NCBI GenBank assembly: GCA_046757665.1
Contig: JBHHYO010000001.1
Location: forward strand, 26,822 to 90,821
Direction: 5' to 3'
Length of the DNA: 64,000 bases
Origin: Nitrospinales bacterium
GTDB lineage: Bacteria > Nitrospinota > Nitrospinia > Nitrospinales > JAJDAT01
In this document: positions 9,856 to 18,029 of the stretch, piece after piece
Layout of the letters: each line of letters opens with the position of its first letter
How positions within the stretch are numbered: the stretch's first letter is position 1
Notes under the pieces: generated by a model
Databases searched by the model: none
What the model was told of the DNA's origin: nothing
What the model saw: the letters and a program-made list of their open reading frames with translations, nothing else
Program-made: the position numbers and the translations under genes

Positions 9856-9896
9856 CAGTTGGCGGTTGCCAGTTGACGGTTGTCAACCGCCAACTG
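9856..9896. repeat. Perfect 13-bp inverted repeat (CAGTTGGCGGTTG / CAACCGCCAACTG) with a 15-nt loop, overlapping the prfB stop
   Basis: Read directly: 9856-9868 is the reverse complement of 9884-9896. It is flanked by reiterated CAGTTGAC units (9849-9856, 9870-9877). Confidence 0.7.
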
Positions 9897-10984
9897 CCTT
9901 CAACAAATACGCTTCTATAAATTGGTCCAGGTCGCCGTCCAGGACGGCATCGACGTTGCCGGTTTCCACCTGGGTTCGCAAATCCTTCACCATGCGGTAG
10001 GGATGCAGGACATAAGAACGAATCTGGCTTCCCCATTCGATCTTTTTTTTGTCCTTTTCGAGGCCCTTTATCTCCTCCCTTTGCTTTTCCTGTTCCAGCT
10101 CATACAGCCGGGCTTTCAGGACTTTCAAACAAGACGCCTTGTTTTTGTGTTGCGAGCGCTCGTTCTGGCACTGAACCACGATACCGGAGGGGACGTGCGT
10201 CATGCGGACGGCGGAGTCGGTCGTATTGACTCCCTGGCCTCCCGGCCCGGACGCCCGGAACACATCGATTTTGAGATCGGCCTCGAGGATGTCCACCTCG
10301 ACGTCCTCATCAATTTCCGGATAAACAAACACCGACGCAAAGGAAGTGTGGCGGCGCTTGTTGGCGTCGAAGGGGGAAATCCGCACCAGCCGGTGAACGC
10401 CGATCTCCGCTTTCAAATAACCGTAGGCATAGTCGCCGGTAAACAGAAGCGTGGCGCTTTTGATCCCGGCTTCCTCGCCGTATTGCCTGTCCAGAATTTC
10501 GGATTTGAACCCGTGCCGCTCGCCCCAGCGGAAATACATGCGCATCAGCATCAAGGCCCAGTCTTGCGACTCGGTGCCGCCGGCGCCGGAGTTGATCGCC
10601 AGAATGGCATTGTTGAAATCGTTGTCGCCGGAGAGCATGGCCTTGAATTCCGCCTCCGCCAGGTTATGCTCGAGAGCGGTCAGCGAAGATTGTATTTCGG
10701 AAATCAGGGACTCCTCGTTTTCCTCCTCGCAGAGGGAGATCATCGCTCCGGCATCCTCGCATTCCTGATGCAGGGACTTCCAAAGGTTGACGGGGCGTTG
10801 GCAGACGGATCGTTGTTGAAGGGTCTTTTTTGCCGCGATGTTATCGTTCCAGAAATCCGGCCGGGAAACCTCCCGGTCCAAAATCTCCAGCTCTTTCAGC
10901 TTGTCGGCAACGTCAAAGATAGCCTCGCAGCCGCTCCACCCGCCGGCTCACATCCTGATATTTTTTCTTCAATTCTTCCAGCAT
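9883..10984 (-). CDS. prfB: Peptide chain release factor 2, requires programmed +1 frameshift
   Basis: Frame 0 runs 10984..10916 (MLEELKKKYQDVSRRVERLRGYL) and ends at the in-frame TGA. After skipping nt 10915 the frame continues from GAC (10914) to 9883, giving 366 aa in total. The SPF (RISPFD) and GGQ (SGPGGQGVNTTDSAVR) motifs are present. Confidence 0.93.
10913..10918 (-). other. prfB: Programmed +1 ribosomal frameshift site CTT TGA C of prfB
   Basis: The minus-strand sequence is ggc tat CTT TGA Cgt. This is identical to the canonical RF2 autoregulatory shift site, and GAGG lies a few nt upstream. Confidence 0.9.
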
Positions 10985-11111
10985 AACGCTCCTTATCGGA
11001 TAATGGGGAATAGATTCATCGACTCATTGTCTTTAATCCGGGCGCGAATTGCAAGCGGTCAAATCAGGACTTTCGGGCAGATGGCCATTCCCCGGCTGGG
11101 TTAAAATTTAT

Positions 11112-11139
11112 TTGGATTCATCCGAAAATCGTTTAGAAT
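11112..11139 (+). promoter_or_regulatory. Candidate sigma70-type promoter (TTGGAT - 16 nt - TAGAAT)
   Basis: The hexamers are read at 11112-11117 and 11134-11139, about 57 nt upstream of the radical SAM/SPASM gene in a 210-nt divergent spacer. Confidence 0.35.
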
Positions 11140-11195
11140 GAACTGTTGAATATAGCAACGGCCGCAATAGACCTGCCGCATCGCCCTGGAGCCAG

Positions 11196-12365
11196 ATGAA
11201 TTTAGCCGCACCCACAAAACCCAAGAAAGAAGCCTCCCCCACCGCAACCCTGTCCAAGAACGGCGGTCAAGGCCCGGTCAGGGAGATGATCAAGGGTTGG
11301 ATCAAAAAACTGCCGTTTTTTCTGGAAGCGGATTATTATCGGCGCAAAATTTATGATTCCCCTCTGTTCGATTTTTCCGTGAAACCCTTGGCCGACACCC
11401 TCGCCGAGTGGCCGCGGGCGTTGGTTCTTGACATCACCAACCGATGTAATGCCAAGTGCTCGTGGTGCCCGCAACCGCAACTGGAGGATGTCGGCGCCAT
11501 GAAAATGCCTTTGTACCGAAAAATCATCGACGACTACGCCGTCCGCGGCGGGGTGGTTCATTTCGGTACCTTTGGCGAACCGCTGATGGACAAAACGTTC
11601 GCGGAAAAAGTCCGCTATTTGAAAAACTATCCTTCCATACAAAAGGTCGAGATGGTCACCAACGCCTTTTTCCTGAATGAAAAAATCGTTCCGACGCTGA
11701 TCGAAAACAAAGTGAATGTCGAGATCAGTCTGGACGAGCTGGAAAAGGAGACTTTCGAAGAAATCAAGAAAATGAGTTACGATGTTGTGCGCGCCAACAT
11801 TCTTGAATTTTTGAAGCTCAACGACCGGTCCGCGGAACCGGTCAACGTCAACTTCCGCGTCAAATCATCCCTTTCCAGGCAACACACGATGGCCCATGAA
11901 CTGTTCCGCGAACTTGCTTCACATCGTTGCACCATCGAACTCACCCCCATTGACGAGGACAGCATCACCACCTGGGCGGGCCGGTTCGACAAAATGGCGT
12001 TTTATGAAGATCACATGAAAAACACCGCCATCGTAAAAGATCACAACCCCAAGGAGTTCAACAAAACCAACACCGCGCCCTGCAACCAATTGTGGAAATG
12101 GATGGTGGTATACTGGGACGGGAGCGTGGTGCTTTGTTGCGTCGATATGTTTTCCTCCACCATTCTGGGAAACCTGAACGACAACACGATCGAGGAAATA
12201 TGGACGGGGCCCGTGCTCACGCAACTGCGACAAAAAATGATCCAAAGGAAACGCTTTGAAATCCCCATTTGCCAGGACTGCGACCTCCACCTGAGTTGGC
12301 GCTATTTAAAGACCTGCTACAAGCCCGACGGCAGTTTGTCCCATCACTTAAACTTCATCAGTTAA
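11196..12365 (+). CDS. Radical SAM protein with C-terminal SPASM/twitch-like Cys-rich domain
   Basis: It has LDITNRCNAKCSWCPQ (CX3CX2C). The C-terminal region reads CNQLWKWMVVYWDGSVVLCCVD...PICQDCD. Confidence 0.85.
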   Translation: MNLAAPTKPKKEASPTATLSKNGGQGPVREMIKGWIKKLPFFLEADYYRRKIYDSPLFDFSVKPLADTLAEWPRALVLDITNRCNAKCSWCPQPQLEDVGAMKMPLYRKIIDDYAVRGGVVHFGTFGEPLMDKTFAEKVRYLKNYPSIQKVEMVTNAFFLNEKIVPTLIENKVNVEISLDELEKETFEEIKKMSYDVVRANILEFLKLNDRSAEPVNVNFRVKSSLSRQHTMAHELFRELASHRCTIELTPIDEDSITTWAGRFDKMAFYEDHMKNTAIVKDHNPKEFNKTNTAPCNQLWKWMVVYWDGSVVLCCVDMFSSTILGNLNDNTIEEIWTGPVLTQLRQKMIQRKRFEIPICQDCDLHLSWRYLKTCYKPDGSLSHHLNFIS

Positions 12366-12368
12366 ACA

Positions 12369-13136
12369 TTGCTGAAAAATTTTCTTAAAGGATTGCTGGC
12401 TGGGAAACAAAATCGAGTCGTTGGCCGGTACTATGATTTTGTAAACTCTTTTTCCTCGCTGTCGCCCGAACTTGTATCCGGTCTTCCGCCGGGAAACAAT
12501 ATCCTGGTGTTCGCCCCGCATTGCGACGACGAGTCGCTGGGTTGCGGCGGGACTCTGCATAAACATCACCTTGAAGGACACAACCTTACTGTGGTATTCA
12601 TGACCGACGGATCCCAATGCGATTCCGGCGGCCTGGCTAAAGATGAAATCGTTCAGACCAGGATTCAGGAAGCGCGGCGGGCCGGCGAAATCCTTGGCGT
12701 CAATCGTTGTGTTTTTCTCGGCTATCCCGACCGGCGATTGCGGGGGACGGAGGAGATCGCTTCTCGAATCGATGACACCCTGCAAAAGGTCAAGCCGGAC
12801 CTGGTCTATCTGCCGTTTTATCTGGACAACCACCCCGACCATATGGAAACGGCGGTCATTTGCCTGGATGCGCTTCGCAGACGTCCGGTCAAAACCATCT
12901 TGTTTTATGAAATTTGGACCACCATGATCCCCAACCAGCTTGTAGACATCACATCGACAATGGAAAAAAAGATGGAGGCCGTGCGGACTTACCGCTCTCA
13001 AAAAGGCATTGATGAGTTCGCGGAAAAAATCAAATCGCTAAACCGCTTTCGATCCCTTCATTCCGGCAATCGGTACCAGTATAGCGAAGCTTTTTTTAAG
13101 TTGAATCTCCAAGACCTGGGTAAAATCCTTTCCTGA
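12369..13136 (+). CDS. PIG-L / LmbE family N-deacetylase
   Basis: Motifs VFAPHCDDESLGCGGTL and DNHPDHMET are present. The start is TTG, 4 nt after the previous stop. Confidence 0.8.
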   Translation: MLKNFLKGLLAGKQNRVVGRYYDFVNSFSSLSPELVSGLPPGNNILVFAPHCDDESLGCGGTLHKHHLEGHNLTVVFMTDGSQCDSGGLAKDEIVQTRIQEARRAGEILGVNRCVFLGYPDRRLRGTEEIASRIDDTLQKVKPDLVYLPFYLDNHPDHMETAVICLDALRRRPVKTILFYEIWTTMIPNQLVDITSTMEKKMEAVRTYRSQKGIDEFAEKIKSLNRFRSLHSGNRYQYSEAFFKLNLQDLGKILS

Positions 13137-13140
13137 TCCC

Positions 13141-13662
13141 ATGTTCGAAAAAGTAAAAACCTTGTTGCGTGTCCTTCTTAAAGGCGGTTTTTACCGCGAA
13201 CTTTTCAGCAATGGGATCCATTATCTTTATGAGCACATTCTCCCCATGGAGACCCTGGAGATGGGGGGTAATCCGGAAATTCACCCTACGGTTTCCTTCC
13301 GGTTTGAAAACAACATTGTGCTTGGCGACAATATTGTTTTGGACGCCCACTGTTGTCTGTGGGCCTCGGAAAACTCGAAAATTACCTTGGGCGATAATAC
13401 CGGCATCGGCCCCGGCACCGTGGTGGTGTCCTCCAACCACTCTTTCCCAAAAGGCAAAGTTTATGTGGAAGAACCCATGAGTGAGAAAGATATCGTCGTC
13501 GGCAAAAATGTTTGGATCGGGGCGAATTCCACCTTGCTGGCCGGAGCAGAGGTCGGCGACGGATGCGTTATCGGAGCCGGTTGCGTAATTTCCGGGAAAA
13601 TCCCCGAAAACTCGGTGGTCGTCAGCGGAAGCCGAAAACTTTCCATCGTCAAGCGGAGGTAA
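13141..13662 (+). CDS. Hexapeptide-repeat (LbH) acyl/acetyltransferase
   Basis: It contains hexapeptide repeats (VGKNVWIGANSTLLAGAEVGDGCVIGAGCVISG). Confidence 0.8.
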   Translation: MFEKVKTLLRVLLKGGFYRELFSNGIHYLYEHILPMETLEMGGNPEIHPTVSFRFENNIVLGDNIVLDAHCCLWASENSKITLGDNTGIGPGTVVVSSNHSFPKGKVYVEEPMSEKDIVVGKNVWIGANSTLLAGAEVGDGCVIGAGCVISGKIPENSVVVSGSRKLSIVKRR

Positions 13663-13671
13663 CCCGGACTG

Positions 13672-14082
13672 ATGCCCGATTTCGATTCCATTCAAGTAGG
13701 CGACGAGGCGACTCTCACGCGCACAATCACGGAAAAAGACATACAAGCGTATGCCGCTCTTACCGGCGATGACAACTCAGTTCATACAAACAAACAATTC
13801 GCGGAGCGGACACGGTTCAAGCAACCCATCGCTCATGGCATGTTGACGGCGTCTCTCTTCTCCGCCATTATCGGCACTCGTCTGCCGGGCCATGGGTCGT
13901 TGTATGTCAGCCAGGACTTGAACTTTAAAAATCCCGTCATGGTCGATGATATAATCCAGGCCAAGGTGAAAGTGGTTCAAAAAGTTGAGAGTACCAAAAT
14001 GATCGTATTGAAAACCACCGCGTCCAATCAGCGTTCCCAGGTGGTCCTGAGCGGAACCGCCAAGGTTACGTGGGCTTTTTAA
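13672..14082 (+). CDS. MaoC-like (R)-specific enoyl-CoA/ACP hydratase, hot-dog fold
   Basis: 136 aa, containing YAALTGDDNSVHTNKQFAERTRFKQPIAHGML, the MaoC dehydratase signature. Confidence 0.85.
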   Translation: MPDFDSIQVGDEATLTRTITEKDIQAYAALTGDDNSVHTNKQFAERTRFKQPIAHGMLTASLFSAIIGTRLPGHGSLYVSQDLNFKNPVMVDDIIQAKVKVVQKVESTKMIVLKTTASNQRSQVVLSGTAKVTWAF

Positions 14083-14095
14083 CGGAAGAGAAACG

Positions 14096-14848
14096 ATGTT
14101 TAATCTGGAAAACGAAATCGCGATTGTCACTGGGGCCAGCCGGGGAATCGGCGCGGATATCGCCGGAACGCTTGCCGGTCACGGTTGCAAGGTGATCGTC
14201 AATTACAATCAGAGCCGGGAAAAAGCCGAGGCGGTTGTTGATGGAATCCGGCAAGCCGGCGGGAAAGCCATACCGTTCAAGGCAAACGTAACCGAACCGG
14301 AGCCGGTTCGGCAAATGGTCGAGGCCGCCGTCCGCGAATTCGGCAACCCTACCATTTTAATCAATAACGCTTCTTCACCCATGATCCACAAAAAAATTTC
14401 CCGGACCGACTGGGATGAGTTCCTTTCCTGTTTTGAAATGGCGGTCAAATCGTCCCACCTGTGTTGCGCCGCGGTTACCCCCATGATGAAAAAAAGCCGA
14501 AAAGGCAAAATCGTCAACGTGGTCACCCAATACTCACGGGGGGTTCCGCCGTTGGCGCTGGCAACCTATGTGACCGCCAAATACGCCCTGGTTGGGTTTT
14601 CAAAAAGCCTGGCGGTGGAACTGGCGCCTTTTGGAATACAAGTCAACATGGTCTCCCCCGGTTTGACGGAAACCGATCTGGTAAGCGGTTTGCCGGACAG
14701 CTTCAAGCAAGCCATTGCTCAACAAACGCCCATGAAAAAAAATGCGACATGCGGCGACGTATCCAAAGCCATTATGTTCCTGGTGTCCGATCTTTCCGAT
14801 TTCATTACCGGCGTGAACCTCCCCGTTTGCGGCGGTAACATAATGTGA
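14096..14848 (+). CDS. SDR-family 3-oxoacyl-ACP reductase (FabG-like)
   Basis: It has the cofactor motif AIVTGASRGIGADIA, plus NNAS and YVTAKYAL (YxxxK). Confidence 0.9.
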   Translation: MFNLENEIAIVTGASRGIGADIAGTLAGHGCKVIVNYNQSREKAEAVVDGIRQAGGKAIPFKANVTEPEPVRQMVEAAVREFGNPTILINNASSPMIHKKISRTDWDEFLSCFEMAVKSSHLCCAAVTPMMKKSRKGKIVNVVTQYSRGVPPLALATYVTAKYALVGFSKSLAVELAPFGIQVNMVSPGLTETDLVSGLPDSFKQAIAQQTPMKKNATCGDVSKAIMFLVSDLSDFITGVNLPVCGGNIM

Positions 14849-14849
14849 T

Positions 14850-16607
14850 ATGACCCCATCCGAGCCGAAAGGCCCTTGCGCCGGCAAGCAACTGAAAGAA
14901 ACGCGAGTCGCCTTCATCGGCAATATCACCCTTCAACCCGTCCAGTCCCATCTCAGGACACTCTGCCTCGAATTGGGCTTGAAGCTTGAAATCTTTTTCG
15001 GCGGGTACGACTTGTATGTCCAGGAAATAGTTGACCCCCAATCCGGCCTGTACAAATTCAACCCCCATTTCACTTTTCTCATTCTTGACAATCAAACGCT
15101 GTTGCCCGAATTGTATAAAGATTTTTTCAGCATTGAACCCGGACGGAGACTGGAGATGGTCGAAAACAAAATGGGCCAACTGCTGGCTCTCGCGGATCAA
15201 TTTCTTGAACATTCAAATTCCGGCCTGGCGCTCGGCAATTTTCCGTTTCCGCGAAATTACCTGATGGGAATATATGATTCCAAAACGCCCGCCGGTGAAC
15301 GGGAAATCCTGCAAAAGATGAATCAAACCCTGATCGATCATGTTCGATCGGTTTCCGGCAGACTCCATGTACTCGATATCGAAAAACTGCTTGCCAATTG
15401 CGGCAAGACTGCCGCCGCCGATGAGAAGATGCGCTACCTCGCCAAAATGATGATTCCGGCAAAGGTCATGCCGTCTCTGGCGCGGGAACTCATGCGCTAC
15501 ATCCGTCCGGTGATGGGCATGACTCGAAAATGCCTGGTACTGGACCTGGACAACACATTATGGGGAGGGGTTCTTGGAGAAGACGGAATAGAAGGCATCA
15601 AGCTGGGATTGGAGCCGCCCGGCAATGCCTTTTACGAATTTCAGAAAACGGTGAAATCTCTGCAACACCGCGGCGTACTTCTCGCCATCAACAGCAAGAA
15701 CGATCTGGAGTTGGTGCGCGAGGTTTTCCAAAAACATCCCGACATGCAACTCAAACTTGACGATTTTGCCTGTGTCCGGGCCAATTGGCAGGATAAGGCG
15801 CAGAACATGCGGGAAATTGCCGCGGAACTGAACATCGGCCTGGACAGCCTGGTTTTTATGGACGACCATCCCGCGGAGCGCTTGCTGATCCAGCAAGCGC
15901 TACCGGAAATTTTGACGGTGGACATGCCGGAGGATTGCGCGGAGTTTGCCCAAACGCTTCTGGCTCTGGATGCCTTCGAGGTCCTGCACCTTACCGAGGA
16001 GGACAGAAAAAGGAAGCGCCTTTACCGGGCGGAAGCCAAAAGAAAAGAATTGAAACGCCAGGTCACCGACCTCACCCAGTATCTGCAATCCTTGCGGATC
16101 GCCGTGCAGGTTTGCCCGGCGGATCCGTTTTCCATTCCCCGCATTGCCCAGCTAACGCAACGCACCAACCAGTTCAACTTGACGACCCGAAGATACAATG
16201 AAGCCGATATAAAAAAATTCGCCGCATCCCAGGCTCATCGCGTATACTTTCTCAAATCTTCCGACCGCTTCGGCGAACACGGCATCGTTGGAGCCTGCAT
16301 CACCCAAAAGAACGGGAGCGCCGTGGAAATCGACACGCTTCTGTTGAGTTGCCGGGTGATCGGCCGGGGAATCGAACAGGCTTTTTTGCATTTTGTTTGT
16401 AACGAAGCCCGGACGCAGGCCGCGGACAAGCTGGTTGGCCACTACCTGCCGACTCGCAAGAACCGGCTCGCGGAAAATTTTTATGCCGACGAGAAATTTG
16501 ATGTCATCCTGCGCTCCGAACAGGAGACGATTTTTGAACTCGATCTCAGGCGAAAGACCGTACCGTTGCCGGCCCATATCCGGTTGAATGCCAATTATGG
16601 ACGATAA
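14850..16607 (+). CDS. FkbH-like / HAD-IIIC family protein (putative glyceryl- or acyl-ACP loading enzyme)
   Basis: It carries the HAD-IIIC core LVLDLDNTLWGGVLGEDGIEGIKL, followed by INSKN and FMDDHPAER. There is a C-terminal GNAT-like region. The ATG lies 1 nt after the SDR stop. Confidence 0.82.
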   Translation: MTPSEPKGPCAGKQLKETRVAFIGNITLQPVQSHLRTLCLELGLKLEIFFGGYDLYVQEIVDPQSGLYKFNPHFTFLILDNQTLLPELYKDFFSIEPGRRLEMVENKMGQLLALADQFLEHSNSGLALGNFPFPRNYLMGIYDSKTPAGEREILQKMNQTLIDHVRSVSGRLHVLDIEKLLANCGKTAAADEKMRYLAKMMIPAKVMPSLARELMRYIRPVMGMTRKCLVLDLDNTLWGGVLGEDGIEGIKLGLEPPGNAFYEFQKTVKSLQHRGVLLAINSKNDLELVREVFQKHPDMQLKLDDFACVRANWQDKAQNMREIAAELNIGLDSLVFMDDHPAERLLIQQALPEILTVDMPEDCAEFAQTLLALDAFEVLHLTEEDRKRKRLYRAEAKRKELKRQVTDLTQYLQSLRIAVQVCPADPFSIPRIAQLTQRTNQFNLTTRRYNEADIKKFAASQAHRVYFLKSSDRFGEHGIVGACITQKNGSAVEIDTLLLSCRVIGRGIEQAFLHFVCNEARTQAADKLVGHYLPTRKNRLAENFYADEKFDVILRSEQETIFELDLRRKTVPLPAHIRLNANYGR

Positions 16608-16821
16608 ATTACGCACCATCCTGGCTCAAGCTATCGATGTGGATGCCGAGGAACTAACCGATGAATCCTCGCCCGACACCATGCCGGAATGGGATTCGTT
16701 TGCCCACTTGAATATGGTGGCAAGCATCGAACAAGAGTATGGGATCAGTCTCACCCTTGAAGAAGTCATCGAAATGCAGTCCCTCCCGAAAATCAAGGAA
16801 GTCATCGCCCGCAAACTTTAA
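16588..16821 (+). CDS. Acyl carrier protein
   Basis: 77 aa (or a start at ATG 16597). The phosphopantetheine-site context is PEWDSFAHLNMVASIEQEYGISL. It overlaps the FkbH 3' end by 20 nt. Confidence 0.8.
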   Translation: MPIMDDKLRTILAQAIDVDAEELTDESSPDTMPEWDSFAHLNMVASIEQEYGISLTLEEVIEMQSLPKIKEVIARKL

Positions 16822-16862
16822 ACCTTGCCACCCGGCGGCGCAACGGCCCGGAGGATACTCAA

Positions 16863-17822
16863 ATGGTAATGGACCAACCCGTTCCGCTTTCCCAGCCGGC
16901 GTCTCTCGACTTGTCCATTATCATCGTCAGTTTCAATACGCGGCAGATTCTGCTCGCCTGCCTGGAGTCCGTTTATGCCCGCACGCGGGACCTGGCGTTT
17001 GAGGTTCTGGTGATCGACAACAATTCCGCCGACGGTAGCGCCGACGCGGTAAAAGAGCGTTTCCCATCCGTTGGTCTCATCAGAAACCCGGAAAACCGCG
17101 GCCTGTCCTCCGCATACAATCAGGGCATAAAGGCGTCCCGCGGCCGGTATCTGGTTTTTCTCAACAGCGATACCATTTTGACCGAAAACAGTTTTTTGAA
17201 AATCGTCCGCTACTTGGACGAACACTCCGAGTTCGGCATCGGCACCCCGCGCATCGTTGACGAAAGTAATGTCGTCAGCTCCATGCGCTTCCGGCAGGAT
17301 ACTCCCTGGGACGCTCTCCGCAAAATCCTGGGGAAGTATGATGGGGACAAGGAAGCCCGGGAAATGGGCAAGGAAGAAGCCAAGGAGGTCGAAGCGATCG
17401 GCGGCCCCAGTTTTTTTGTGCGCCGGACGCTCCTTGAAACCATCGGCCTGTTCGACGAAAATTATTTTTTGTACAACGAGGAGGACGACTTTTGCCGCCG
17501 CGCCCGTCGCCGCGGCCACAAAGTTCTTTATTATCCGGAAACAACCCTTGTGCATCTCCGCGGCAAAAGCACCCACCTGCCGCAAATCCGCGAAAAGGTC
17601 ATCATCGAAACCTACAAGAGCAACTTGTATTTTTACGCCAAGTATTATTCCCCCGCCTGGAACCTGGTTTTAAGGCTTGCGTACCGGGGCGCCTTCATTC
17701 TGGGAATGCTGAAATCCGCGTGGCGTTGCCTCACCGGGCGGCCGCCGCGAACCGCCGACGACTCCATTGCCTTGAAATGGAAACTTCTCTTTCTGAAAAC
17801 CCCGAGCGCCAGGCGGAAATAA
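16863..17822 (+). CDS. Family 2 glycosyltransferase
   Basis: Motifs: LSIIIVSFNTRQIL...VLVIDNNSADGS...NRGLSSAYNQG...FLNSDT (DxD-type). Confidence 0.88.
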   Translation: MVMDQPVPLSQPASLDLSIIIVSFNTRQILLACLESVYARTRDLAFEVLVIDNNSADGSADAVKERFPSVGLIRNPENRGLSSAYNQGIKASRGRYLVFLNSDTILTENSFLKIVRYLDEHSEFGIGTPRIVDESNVVSSMRFRQDTPWDALRKILGKYDGDKEAREMGKEEAKEVEAIGGPSFFVRRTLLETIGLFDENYFLYNEEDDFCRRARRRGHKVLYYPETTLVHLRGKSTHLPQIREKVIIETYKSNLYFYAKYYSPAWNLVLRLAYRGAFILGMLKSAWRCLTGRPPRTADDSIALKWKLLFLKTPSARRK

Positions 17823-17841
17823 CGCGCCGGCCCAGAGCCTG

Positions 17842-17870
17842 TTGACCCTCTCCGCCGGGCGTATTATACT
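17842..17870 (+). promoter_or_regulatory. Candidate sigma70-type promoter (TTGACC - 17 nt - TATACT)
   Basis: The hexamers are at 17842-17847 and 17865-17870, in the 207-nt spacer upstream of the gene starting at 18030. Confidence 0.35.
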
Positions 17871-18029
17871 TTTCACCGTTCGATGGAATCGACATTGCAC
17901 CCGCTCGTCCGGACCTAAAGAAATAGCGCCTCGCAACCGATGATTACGATGTGGGAGGTCGATGATTCTTCCCGTCCTTGCCTGGAACAGCATTAACCGT
18001 CCGTCCAAAACTTAACCAGCGAGCCAAGC

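Noticed and set aside
9856-9896. Calling the prfB-stop hairpin an intrinsic terminator
   Set aside because: The 13-bp stem is not followed by a U-tract on the minus-strand transcript; the sequence continues TCAACTGACTATG into the next gene start. I annotated it only as an inverted repeat.
9880-10986. 368-aa plus-strand ORF
   Set aside because: It is exactly antisense to the well-supported prfB gene. It has low-complexity G/L/V/R-rich sequence with no recognisable motif, which is a typical shadow ORF in GC-rich DNA.
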